64,000 bases of DNA from Raillietiella orientalis. Its lineage: Eukaryota. Shown in pieces: positions 26,900-39,600 of this stretch. Each line of letters starts with the position of its first letter. Position 1 is the first letter of the stretch. Location: positions 186,001 to 250,000 of the forward strand of contig JAYWIR010000058.1 in assembly GCA_036172245.1 (NCBI GenBank). The letters are read 5' to 3'. Made by a program: the position numbers and the translations under genes. Under the pieces are notes generated by a model, which was not told the origin of the DNA, did not search any database, and saw nothing but the letters and a program-made list of their open reading frames with translations.

Positions 26900-27730
26900 T
26901 GCATCATTTCCTTGGTCCTAAGGATTCCAGAACGAGTGCCTGTACCGAGCGGGAGCTCCGTTGGTGAAAGAGTGGGAAGATTTTTCCCGTTATCTGCTTT
27001 CCTTTCGTTAGTCTCGTTTTCTCCAAGACCATCGTGGAGCTTTCCAAGGAACCCGATGATGTGGACGGTGTTGGCTCGTCCCTAGCCTGACAGCAGCAAG
27101 CCCTCTCAAGGCAAGAAGTCGGTCCCAGATCTATACCTGGAGTTACCCCTGCCTTCTTGATCCGTTCTATCTCGTCGTGACTCACCACGATTGGACCGGA
27201 TGATTGATGCGACGATTAAGAACTAAACGAGAGATTCTTACCAGGTCTTGACCACTTAGTCCAAATCGAAAGAGCTACTCAACAAGCTTGTAGTGGTCCT
27301 AAGCTCCAAAGGCTGGGAATGAAAACTGGTGGTCCTCAACCAACTGACACACGAGATTCGATTCAAAAGTTTAGTGTTCGAGAGAGAAAGGCGAGTTGTT
27401 GTACTCCACGTGTTTTGTACTTTTGAGGTTCCGTGACAGCTCCACAGGGCGTCAGGCGGAGAACGGAATGAGGATACCAGGGGTCGGTCCTGCGATTCTC
27501 CATCAGAGGAGTGCCTGCTTCAGTGCAAACACTCGTCGTAGGATTCCCAGGACTCCAAGAAGCGTTGAAGATGAAGACGTCTCGTAGCCAAGCGGAAAAG
27601 AGATGGTGTGTTCTGGCATGCAGCCTTCATGAGATTTCTGAAAAATTGCTGGCTTCGTCTCGACCTCCAATAACGATTGGCCATCTTCAAAATCCACAGC
27701 CACTTCTAGAGGGCTAGATGGAAAGGATCA
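26900..27730 (-). mobile_element. Decayed LTR-retrotransposon integrase core fragment
   Basis: PSSPLEVAVDFEDGQSLLEVE resembles PxxPWxxVxxDF...YLvvVD; SGSLESSTMVLEKTRLTK resembles SNGxxERxxxxLKxxLxK. Confidence 0.4.
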
Positions 27731-28199
27731 AACCTATCAAACACCCTCATCAAACACCCCTTGGAAGTGACTAAAGAGTGAATAAAATGAAAGAAAAAAA
27801 ATCCTTAAAGAGTGAGTTTCCGCAAAGCTCTCAAGTTAAACCTGAAACGCTCGTTCCAAAGCGCCCTCCAGGACTGCTGTAGAGGCTTGTGTTGGAGAAT
27901 CAAGGGAAACATTCAGGAAGATAGAACACTAAAGCTCTTCTTCCTCTTGTTTAAAACATAAGGGAACGAAAACGTATCCTGGAAAGCAGTTCATCCCGGT
28001 GTTTTGCGTAAGGCAGGATCCCGGTGAGACTTAGGCTGAGGAGCAAGAAGTAACCTTCTAACGTTGTATTTCCTCTAAGGTATCGGGAACATTTTCAGGT
28101 CTGGAGCAGGAACAGGGTAGCATTCCAAACCCATATCCGGGAATTCCGTTTCGGAAATTGCTGTGGTACTAGAGCATCTGGACCTTTTCTTGAAAAGAT

Positions 28200-31100
28200 A
28201 AATTCGCCGATTCTTCGAAATTGAAACAAACGCTTATTTGGATCAGGGTCTGCTTGGTGTTGGGGGCAGGTGTTTCCACACAACTGAGGCCACTCCAACT
28301 CAGTGCAGCAGGAAGGATTGGGAGGCAATCCGGTGAATGGAAGACAACAAATGCAATTTCGGGATTCTGCTCTAGAGGAAGACTGGGTCACGGCAAAAGA
28401 CCCAATTCAGATGACTCGTAGCGACAGTGAGGAGGAGGACTTCAAAGCCCGCCTCACTTGCTCTGTCGCCGCCTCTCAGCCCGAAATGAAGAGCTCTTCA
28501 GTATTCTATGCAACGTGCAACAGGTGGAGCATGTGCCTGCCATGAGAGAAAGTTGACCACCCGGAGGCCAACAGAAAGAGTGTGGTTGCTGAATGGGTGA
28601 TGAGAAATACGGATGAATTCCTCTGCGTCGAGGAAAATCGGAAAACGGGAACGACGGCCCATCGGCGATTACCCTGAGGTCAAAGGAAACAAAAAGCAAA
28701 AAAAAAAGCGTATTTTAAGCACCGAAGATAGGAATGAGGATTCAGGATGGTGAATGATTGTCAGCATTTTCTAAAATTGGTCAAAGAGGACGTGATATTC
28801 TGACTCAAGTGGACAGCAGTGTCAGGAATCCCTGACTACAAGTGTCGCTGACACCTGTAGTCAGGGATTCTCTCTCATCGAACGTCTGCTCACGCACGAT
28901 CTGCTGCATATGTGAGATCACCACACTGATTCCGCATCCTCCTACGAACGAAACTTCTGCAAACCGCTCTTAGATAATAAACAATTGCATCGACACCCTC
29001 TGCATTCTGTGGAAGAACAGACCGCAATGCCAAACTTGGTCTTGCCGTACTCAATGAATGCAGTCATCAGAACGGGTTCAACGGGAGCGAGAGGATAGTC
29101 TTCCTTGTGTCCAACGTAGAGTGATGCTCGGTTATCACGCACACTTGCATTTCGAGAAATGAACCCCGAGGAGAGTTTGATGAAAGTGGAGTTCAGAAAC
29201 TGGCAGGAGACTCCGAAATCTCCCCAAACCCCATCACCGTCCCTAAGAAGAAGCTGATGTCGGTGACTTTCGAGATCAAGGGAGCACGAGATCCCTTTCC
29301 AAGCAGGATCTGTTCTTCATCCGCTACCATTCATTTCCAGGATGCAGCTGCACCATTTCTTCTTATATGAAAGAAATGGCAATGGCAATTGAAACTCCAA
29401 TAGCCAGAGAACGGCGTCCTCCGCCATGCCGGGTATCCTGGAAGTTCCCAACTGTGCGAGGCTTCCGAAATCATGCGCATGCAGCGGCTGAAATCTCAGC
29501 CCCAGAACGGGCCAAGGGAAGGTTTGTCCGTTTACACAGCTGGCTTTCCACCTTTTGCATGGATGACGCCTTCAAAGCAGCACTCCCACTTCTCTCTAAG
29601 GACTCCCATCGCTGCATCTTCGATCGAGCGCAAAGTGTGGGCCTCGTCACCTAGACGCGAGACATACTCTGATATATCCTCTAGACAAGCTCATCAGGAT
29701 AACAGACAGTTCCCTCGAGAGTTCCCATCTGGGTGGCTGGAGCGCGTCCAGTAAAGCAAACGATCAGACACACCGGGAGCGAGGTCACCTCGACCTGCTC
29801 TCCAGCTGGACATGGGATGAGAAGGCCGGACCTGAACCTCGGACCGTCGGATGCGCAAGCGTCGGTCAGTGGGCCCATTCGGGCGAGCGGCGGCACTGCA
29901 GCTGAGTGAATGCAGCGAACGCCGCGACGTTCCTCGGATCCCACGACAGAAGCTCCCGGTTGCCATGGACAGTAAGGCGGACGGAAGCAGGGACCCTCTC
30001 AAGGGCGTGTAACACGACTCGCAGACCGGGGCAACCGCGGCTGGCTGTCCAGCGCCGGGCCCGCACCTAACTGCCGAGCTGCAGACCTGCCCCTGTCCTC
30101 CGCCGCGTCGTTGCTGGAAGACGGCAGGTTCTCCGGGTTCCGGCGAAGCAGGAGGAGGGCGGCGACGGTGCGCGCGAAAGGGTTCGGGCGAGAGAGCTCA
30201 CCGGGGGGCGCCGCCGCTGCTGTCGGCGCCCGTTTTGGAAATGGTAGCGAATGCTCCAGAGAGATCCTAGAGGTCTGGGACGGAGGAGAACCCGATGCGG
30301 ACAGTCCCTTGAAGTGGCGCAGCCGACGCCAAGTCCACGGAGAAGCGAAGAACGGGAACGGGAAAATGAGGAATGCCTGATTCCCGTTCGAAAGTTCAAC
30401 ACAAAATGCCCTTCGGTCTACCGAGCGATGAACCATCCTTCCATCCAATTGCCTGTAAGGGCATGCCGTTGGGTGGAACTTTGCGGACGCGCCTTCCTCC
30501 GTCGCATTGCGAAGTGCCTGGTTGTTCCCGATCCACCGATCCGGAAGAGCTGCGCTTCGAAGGGCCGTCGGCCAGGCGAAGTGCGCCGTACCTGTCGAAC
30601 GAAGAGGGAAGCTGTCGGTTGCGTTTACGGTTGCGGTGGTCCGTGCAGTCCATCCACCAGCGTGAAGGTCCAGCCGTCGAACCCCGTCCACCCCAGCGCA
30701 GGCGTCGCGGCAATGAAGCTTCCCGAAGAGAGGGAGGGAGAGCGCGCCAAAGAGATTCCGGGCAACTGCTTCCGCTGCAGGCACGCGGGCGGACGCGCAG
30801 CGCCAGCGCAAGTCGCAGCGGGGTGGCTCACAATCGCGGGAAAGAGATCGAGCGTGCGCAACGGCGACTGCGAATCCACAGTAGGGCTTTGCGGAAGCGG
30901 TGTGTGGGTGGGTGCGTGGCGGCGTGGTGCGGGATGCGACACTCAGCACCTGATGGAGTACTTTCCGGGTGACGCAGGGCGAAAAGTGTTGCCAGGTGCA
31001 TGAGGCAGCATCGCTGCGATCCAGCTCGGAAGCATCGCTGCGAAAAGCGTGGATCGCGACGTGGTCCCCACTTGGGAGGTGGCAGTCACTTTTGCACTTC

Positions 31101-31600
31101 CCGGCTGCAGGACAGGGTTCGAATACTGACGCGCACGTCGCTGTGGGGGGCAAGAGGAGGCTTTCCCGTGGGCTGCAGGTCGGCGAAAAGGCAGTCCGCC
31201 CGCGGTTGATCGGAAAGCTTGGCCTCTGCGGAGTGCCGCGGCACCTCGAAGGAGGCTCGACATCTCCTCGTCGCCCTGAGGCGACGATGGATGTCGTCGA
31301 CGGGACTTGCTGGACACGGTGCAAAGAGGGGCACCCGAAGCTGGCCGTTTCGTTCCCTCACTTTGCAAGAAGAGCGGGCGACGAGGGGCGCGCGAAAAGC
31401 TCGAGCCTCGTGCTCTCCGATGCTCCCGAGACGGGCACCAGCGAGACCACGACCTGGATAGCGACCCGTCTCCGTCGGTACCGGAACCCATGGAATACCG
31501 GCGCTCAGCTGTTGCCCGCAGGCAGCCGGGCGAAGGAGACGGATGCTCTTGCCTGCTCTCAGAGAGGGAACCAGGATAGGGGAGATGAGTCAGCCAAGCG
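28200..31600 (+). mobile_element. Decayed Ty3/Gypsy element (gag-like, protease, RT, RNase H, integrase remnants), continuous across the inner end of the right arm
   Basis: AVIRTGST at about 29060 (DTGS-like protease motif); RESSPGGAAAAVGARFGNG (SPW..V.K..G-like); MPFGL at 30406-30420; NFADA (YxDD position); then RNase H and integrase remnants in Gypsy order. No LTRs recognised. Confidence 0.65.
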
Positions 31601-34404
31601 CAGACACGTTGCCGCAGCCTCCCCTCTCTTTCATTGCCAGAACTTTCGCCATCACCTGCTCACAGCCCCAGTACTTCTCTGGAGGAGTTCCTGCGGTGCC
31701 TTTGCTTCTTTTGTTTTCGCTTGCTGCAGCGTCCACCTTGGCAAAATGCTGTACACAACAGTTCGAAGCCAACGTCAGTGCTGGTCTTGCAAACATTTTG
31801 CTCCCCAGCCACTCTTTTTCTCGGAAGATGAAAAGACACGAGTCGTTGTAACGAAGTTCCTTCCAACAGAGGTCGTTGTGAAGTGTGCATAGATGTATAC
31901 ACCTATATTTCAGTACAATGATATAGATGTGCATTCCGTCGCTCTAGTGAACTTGGCTAAACGAGAAGGAAATTTTTTCTTATCCAACGATTTGCAAGCT
32001 GTTTATCTGGATGCAGCACACGGAAGTAGCGAGCTCCATGTGAGATTCTACTCTTTAGAAGCAAGCCTCTTCGTACGTTCGTTCCGGAAGTGCTCCCGGG
32101 CACAGTTTGTGCAAGGTAGGGACAACCCAGCTTATGCAGCCCTCACACACTGCTAGCTGATGCTCTGAAGGAGAAGAGGAGCTTACATGCTGGGAGAATG
32201 TATTTGATGATGGAGCGAATGGGCCCGGGGTTTTCAGAAAGAGGGGCAAACGGGGACTTTTGGAGCCTGCACTCATGCTGTCTCCATCTTGCAGTTGGTC
32301 TTCTCGCATAGCTCCAACTTCAGGCGTCAGAAAGTTCGCCACTCTTCAGGAAAAAGTGTTGGCTTTCCTACGTTGCCGCGAGATGATCTCAGCTTAGGTG
32401 AGATTTTAGAGAAAGACACGTTGCTTGTCTATTTCTTTTGTTTGCATTGTTTTTTGTTTCGAAAACAGACCAGGCTTTTAGAGCGTAGTTCCAAGCGAGG
32501 AGGTCGGATTTCTCGTCTCCCGTGCAGTTCTCTCGGACGCTCCATGCGCTCGGCATTCCGGGATGAGATTTCCTTCATCTTCAACCTGCCCGTTTATGTT
32601 GTTCGATTCCGTGTCTCCATTCGGGAATCGCTGGCAGTAGAGATTTCTGCCGCAGCATTTCGAGTGCTTCGCCAAAGATGCCCCCCAGGAATCTTGGAAG
32701 GATTACTTGGGCTAACTTTCCCGTAAAAGCAACGTGCATACGTACGCACATGCGTACTCTGGTTGCAGAAAGACATGCACACATACATACATGTACTTGC
32801 ACGTACGTACATGTACATTCCGAGTATACTCCAGTAACTCTATGCAGATGTTTCTCCACGCCAACGGCAAATGGCTCCCTGCTGCAGCGTCTCGAACTCC
32901 GAACGAAGTGGTGCATTAATTCCGACATTTTCCCTGCGAGTGGCCCCTTCGAAGGCTTCCTCCCTTTATCCACCTTGCGGGTGCCATGCAGAGCGCCCGA
33001 CTATCGACGCAAGTCTAGATGCACCGGGATTTCAGAGCACCAAGATCCGAGGCCCCCTCGGTCCGCTTCTTCGCAGTGCTCGGGGAGGGGCAAACAAAAT
33101 GCAAGAGGCGAAGCAGGGGAGCCACATCCGTGCTCCACGCTACGGCCCCTTCCCGCAAGACGAACTCGCCACCCGGGAACGGGTCGTGCGCCGATCCGAC
33201 TCTGTCTTTCGGAGGCAGCTGGACCAGGTGTCCGCTACGTGAACATCACGAAATGAAGCAAAGACGAACGCCCTTGTAAAAATTTATTGAATTTGAAGCC
33301 GCGAACCTGTCTCAAGGTGCCCAACGGCGCGCCTACTTTGGCGCGTGGTTCCGTATGAATTGCTTCCAGGCGCGCGACTCCTGGAAGACGGAGAGACGGC
33401 GATTGTCGCGGTCCCTAAACTTACCCAAATCACCACCAGGGGAGGTTCCCCTTCCTCCCCCGGGTAGCAACAGAAGTTCCGGCCAGCGTGCACTGCCCCT
33501 CGACGATGCGCGCTGCAAACTTTCATCTCGTTTGTCTTCTTCAGTTTCTTCTTCGGTTCCCGGCCTCCAAAAGTGCTGCACCGCGCTGAAGATCTGAATA
33601 GAAAAAAAGGAAAAAAAACGAAAAGAGAAACCTCAAAGTTGCTGCTCGCCCACTCATTTCTTTGCGCCACCAGTAGGCAGTTGCCGCGGCTCCCAGGACG
33701 CAGTGTGCTCCTTCGGATGTGGAAATCAGGTTTCTAGAAGAAAAACTTGTTTTTTTTCTCCCATGCTCCGAACTGAAGGCTGCTTTGGTAACGTGAATTG
33801 CTGGAAAGACTGAAATTTCAGTGCGCCCGGTCGCATGAGCGGAGCGATGCGGTGGCTGTGTGTTCGTGGAGAAAAACACGGGGGAAAAAAAAGGAAAGAA
33901 AGTCAGTTTAATTCTTGTTTAAATTCCGTAGTTTATGTAACTTCAGACACAAATTTTTTGTATGGCTGTGACTCCTGCTTCGGTATTGCTTGGGATTTTC
34001 TGATTGTTTAAGCTCTTGAGCATGGAGAAACACTGAGGTTTATGTCTAGAGGTTTTTGTGGGATAAACCCCCTCACTTTGGTTTCTCATGAAAAATCGAT
34101 TATTGAAACATCAAAATATGAATTCGGAGCTTCAAAATGAATAGCATTCTTTTTTGAGAAAGACATTTGTTAATAATTAGGATTGGGAACGAGCAATTTT
34201 GGAGGACGATTTTGCCATGAACTGAATTTGAAAAAATTTCTTGTTAAAATAATTTCACTTGTAATGTATTTTGTAAATTCTCTATCATGTAGTTGCGACA
34301 TAAGTCTCATCTGTTGGTATCAGAAAGGATAAGGAAACGATAAGTGTTCAGGATCAAAAACAGTTAGAATGGATAGTATGAAAAATACGATAGAGAAATC
34401 ATTG
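29710..34404. repeat. Right (source) arm of the 4,695-bp inverted duplication
   Basis: Reverse complement of 10596-15290. Continues in frame into EXOSC5 exon 1 on the right and into upstream Gypsy remnants on the left. Confidence 0.98.
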
Positions 34405-35273
34405 AGAGTGCATTCATGCGAACAAGGATGTCTTTCACAAGCTGATGGCTCAGCCTTATACGTTCAGGGTATGCAAATCAAAAACTGAAATAAAAAAAAG
34501 TTAACATCAAAAATTTGAGAAATGAACTGTTGATGACAGTTGCTGTTGCATGTTTATTTCAAGGTGATACGGTTGTTCTTGCAACTGTCATTGGTCCTAC
34601 TGAAGTCAAGTCTCAGAAATTTATGATTGATCGTGCTACAGTAGAAGTTGTTTATAATCCCAGAGTTGGGATTTCAGGTTGAAATCAGTCCTTATGAATA
34701 TTTAAACCTTTTTTTTTTCTTTACAGCTATTGGTGATAAATTGAAAACACAATTAATCCGAAATAGCTGTGAAACAGTGCTTTTAGCCACACTTCATCCA
34801 CGAACTTCCATTGTGGTAAGTTTACAAGAAATGCAAGATTTTGGAGGGGTGAGTTCCCATTTGAAAATCTTAGAAACCTCAAATCAGTTATTATCATGTT
34901 GCATTAACGCCATGTGTATGGCATTATTAGATGCTGGCCTATCTATGAGATTTTTGATTGCTGCTGTGACATGTGGTATAACTCATAATGGGGAAATAAT
35001 AGTAGATCCAACTGATAAACAATTGAAGGTATTGGTGCAGTGAAGTTTAGAAACAAATGAGTTCATTCTTCTGAGTTCTTTTTACAGGATTGTAACTGTT
35101 CCCTAACTCTTGCTTTTGACAGTCAAAACTTTGAAGTCTTGGCATGTTGGACCGAAGGTTGGTATCTACCTCAGCAAGCCATGAATTGTATGGAAGCTGC
35201 ACGACAAGCTAGCAAACAGATTTTTGGTTTTTATCGAAATGCAATCAAACGCAGGTTTATTAAAGAGCAATGA
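34369..35273 (+). CDS. EXOSC5: Exosome complex component RRP46 (220 aa, 5 coding exons)
   Basis: join(34369-34468, 34564-34677, 34727-34848, 34888-35028, 35088-35273) = 663 nt, GT-AG introns. Motifs [69 protein letters not shown] match RNase PH-fold RRP46. The start could instead be the second ATG at 34378. Confidence 0.95.
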
Positions 35274-36523
35274 TTATATTGGAACAGAAATGAGTTCTTC
35301 ATATGCCTTGATTTTTCTACTGATACTCATATCCACATATTTATCTCCAATTGAAACAATCATGCCTCCAATGATAGAAGGATCCACTTTGCAATGTAAA
35401 AGCAGTTTTTGCTTTCCATTGAAGAAACCCTTGAGAGCAGCTTCCAATTCTTTTCTTGTTTGTGTTTCCAAAGCCTGTAACAGTTTAAATGACCTAGTTG
35501 AGTGTTACTCACTTTGGCTGTAGTAACTTCACACAGTACTTCACCTCTATAGGCAGACATGATGGTGTCAAAACTGCCAAGAATGCGATCTATGTGTTTC
35601 ATACGGTTATTCTCAATAACAGTATCTAAAATTAAAATAATAGGTGATATTGTAATAATAGATGCCCTTACCTAGAAATGAACTCATCAGCTTGCTATAA
35701 TTCTGTGCTTTTGCAAGTTCAATAATGAATGCTTGCTTGGAATACTTCTTAATAACTGGATTTTCTAAGAATGCTTTAATCTGTGGTGACTCTAGAAGCA
35801 GTTTCTAAATCACACATATCATAAAAGATAGATTAGAATGCAACAACATGAGAAGTCTCACCGCAAATGTTTTTGTCTCTGTTTCTATTAATTCTAATTG
35901 CTTTTGCTTCACAGAAGCAGAATAAAGTGCTGAGGCATATTGACCAGCTACTCCAAACACGTTTGTAGGTGTCTATGAATACAAAATCAAATCACATATT
36001 AGGCTTTATACAATGATGCTATCAAATGCTCAAATACCTATTCGTGAAAGTTCAGAATATTAATAAAAAGTTGATCAAACTGGAACAGTTGTAGCTAAAT
36101 GTTAACAATAATACCTAATAAAGTTGCTGCAATAATTGGGAACATGAAAGTTTCCAAAATAATTCTGACAGGAAACTAGATCCTTTGCATTAGCACAGAA
36201 ACAAATTGTGGTATTCATTTTAACATTACTATCAGAGATTTTGAGAACATATTGCTCTGTTACCTGAATTAGCTTGCCATGTAATGCTTGAGATGCGCTG
36301 AAAGCACGTGAACAAACCACCTGAAATTAATTCCATAGTATGAAAAAACAGCATAATGACCAATATTGCATGCAATGTAAGTCTACAAAGTAAAACAAAC
36401 AATGAAAGTCATGTTAGAATTGGATACTGTATGTGGTATCGCTAGTTATTTTTACTCAGTGCTAATATATCATTTTAAATGCTTTAGGAATAAAAACAAT
36501 TTTTTTACCATAACATTGGCCAT
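35274..36523 (-). CDS. ATP5PO: Mitochondrial ATP synthase subunit O / OSCP (209 aa, 6 coding exons)
   Basis: complement join(35274-35474, 35513-35625, 35672-35804, 35862-35972, 36264-36320, 36509-36523) = 630 nt. Motifs VFGVAGQYASALYSA, RGEVLCEVTTA, KVDPSIIGGMIVSIGDKYVDMS; transit-peptide-like N-terminus. The 15-nt first exon is the least certain. Confidence 0.95.
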
Positions 36524-38499
36524 TGCTTTAAGAAAAGGAGTTAATAAAATGGATAATTAATCACACCAGCAGAAGCTAACGATCCATGCTGTTCTCCGGG
36601 AGTTGGCGATAACTTTTTTTTTTACAAAGGTGGCAGAAATTTTACTCGTTTACCTCGCGCATAACCAACCAAAAATTGAATAAACAAACTGCAGGAGTCT
36701 AAAAGCAAAACGGAAAAACAAGAAATAATCAAAATAAATGCATCTGTCACTTTAAAAATAACATGGTTTCGCGTTATCATCCAATCAACAGTATCTACAG
36801 AAAACGCGAATTATATAACATCACTGCAGTTCTATTGCGATCGCTGGAATTATTAAGGCAGTTTTCGGAAATGTTGACATTTCTTTTATCTGCTGTACTT
36901 TCTTTGAATCAACATAAAGTGCGGCATGGATTCTTTCCAATACTTTCATAGGCAAGCTATGCATACACTAAACACCCTGGGACTTGATATTTGATTTGTC
37001 AAGATATCACTTATTTTCTCGCATTTGCACATATTAAGCATTCGGAGTCTGAATTATTTCAAGCGTTCAACCGGTTTATCTTGGTTTCGGACTACCTAAA
37101 ACCATTGTATTGTGGATATTTGATTCAGCAGCTTCATTGCGATTATTTCACGTATTTGTTTGTTTTTTTCTAAATGAAAATGTGCAGATTTTTGCAGCTT
37201 CCAAGTATTTAATGAGAAACAATGATGTCTTGCAAAGTCTACTATCTCTATATTTAGGTTGCACTGTTCACTTGTTTCCCTGGGTGATTTTTGCCACGAG
37301 TAACGAAGTTGCTCTACCTCCATTTGTCATTAGACCATCTGTTCGAAAATGGAAGATTGTTCATCTTGCAGCTCTGAATAATTTTTTATATTATTCTTTT
37401 CATCTTGATAGTTTCTTGAAGACAGACGCATAACTCTTACGTCAAATAGCCTGATGATCTATTCTTGCTTTATTTTTTCGCTACAAAGTTCATTATTAAT
37501 ACAAGTGACTGTAGTCACAAGAGGTGTTTTCGTCATTCAAGATGTCTTTGTACATTCACTGCAATAAGGCCGTCTCATGGATGAATACTTGGTTGTGCTG
37601 GGGAGTTTATATAAAAGAAACATACAAGCCAATGTTACAAATATATAAAAAGGAACCTGCCGAGAACCGACACGCAGGCTGGAGAGATTCTCCTCGGCAG
37701 CAGAGGGGGAGAAGGATAAGCAAAAGGATAAATGAAGCAAAAAGTATATATAAAAAAATGGGAGGGTTCGAGAAGGAATCACTGGTTACTGGAGGGCACC
37801 GGGCTGGACGCAGAGTTTGTTGGAAGTTGTCCTGTTTCAAGACCGTCTCGTGGAAGGTGGCCAATATTGTGACTCTCATCTGTTAGGTTATATTTCAGCT
37901 GATGGACCTGAGCGAATCAATAGATCAACTTTGTTTTCTATTTTCTCCCAGCAGACGTGTATATCATACCGACATGAATGACGTATGAAGATTCGACTGG
38001 CCATGGGAATAATCTGAGTGAATTTTTGTAACTCACAGATTATTTCATGCTTAAGGGTAGCCGTAAGAGTAACAAGGCTGTTCCATCAAAAATCGTGTAC
38101 TATACTACTGTTAATTTCGGAATAGTCAACAGTGTATTTTTAATATCAGTAGATGGATGGGCCTCACCAATTAGATTAGTGATGCCTATCTAATTAGCGA
38201 AATCCATCCTGTGTACTGTGTTTCCTATTTCTGCTATCAAATTCTTTCATGATGTCTTCATATTCTTTTTAAAATGAGACATGCAGCCTACGTAACATCC
38301 ACGTGAAACGACCACAGACGGAATTTCCTTTCCAGTCACTAATCAGACTTAAATACTCATCATTTTGCGGTTAAAAAACACTAGCTTATTTTCTTTTAGA
38401 TTATCTTAGGTATCATTGTTATGCAACAATACAATGACTAGAACTTAAATAACATAAAATTGCGTTGCATGCATTTTAAGATAGAACACTATTGCATTT

Positions 38500-39600
38500 G
38501 GTTGGTATACAAATGGAGTCCTTGACAAGGCATTCTTTAAAGTTGGAATTATCTATCTCAAAGAACAGACTGGACACTTCTCCAGTTCCGAAGTTCTTTG
38601 AAATTTCTGAAGTTGGTGATTATGAGATATTTACAGTGTTTTGGAACAAAACAAATGAAGCACAAAAAATAATTCTCCTTAAAATAGACCAGCCTTCTAA
38701 AGGAGTAAGTGCTCATTTTAAGTTTTCAAGATATGAAACTAATTCTAGCAATTGTTCTTGATCAATATACTGTATTCAAAATAAGCACTGAACTAAACAA
38801 ATAGTGATAAGTGACAATTATTTATATAAGACAACTTTTAGTGGAGAAAAGTTTTCACGACTATAGCCCACAAAAGCCATCACAAATGCACGGCTTGTTT
38901 CTTCCTGACATTTGAAGCACCATTCCTCTCCTTCCGGTTGTTGATTAAGATATTAATCATACGTATTAGGCAACTTGAAGCTGTAAAAACAGTAAACCAA
39001 CGCTTTTTTTTTTTTTCAACGAAAATATCTCAAAAAAACAGTTCATTGTAATGCATGTGTCACTATAACTTCCCAGTTATAATGACTGCATAGTCAGCGA
39101 AATTCATTGTTGATTGTATATTTAGTTGGAAAACAAGCCTATCCTATGTTTATTTGTTTGTTTTTACATTTGTCAGTAACTAGAAATTAATTTCATACCA
39201 GTTATTGAGAATTTTGTGCCTAAATGGAATTAAATTATGTTAAAGTACCACAAATGGTTTCAATTCTATTTTGCTTATCGACACCTGAGTACACTTGCAA
39301 TTAATTCCATGTTGATGCGAAGAGGCTCGTAATTAAAACCTCCAAACAACTGATTTCTTTCAATATTTCTTTATGTGGTCGCTTAGACAACAGAGAATAC
39401 CCAATAATTTCATTCATAAAAGACCCATAATTATTGTTATCAAATCACAATGCTATACAATATGAACTTTTGCTTGTACATTTTCCGGCACATCCAACAT
39501 GTTTCGATTCATCTGATAGCATGTACAAAGCGATAGATTTTCTAATTAATAGGTGTCGTGTTCCATTTTATTCCTTTCAAATGAGCCCACGGTGAAATCC
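38500..39600 (-). mobile_element. Possible decayed hAT-type transposase
   Basis: Only scattered motif-like strings in order: LSDESKHV (DESTD-like), NGASNV (DGAxNM-like), EQLLELVS. Spacing is shorter than in an intact transposase. Confidence 0.22.

Noticed and set aside
10596..34404. Giant TIR transposon (Polinton/Maverick, Foldback or composite element)
   Set aside because: No TSD, no transposase, polymerase or capsid genes in the spacer, and the right arm is embedded in native EXOSC5 and Gypsy sequence.
37524..37886. Solo LTR
   Set aside because: Composition is suggestive, but there are no TG...CA termini with a TSD and no second copy in the window.
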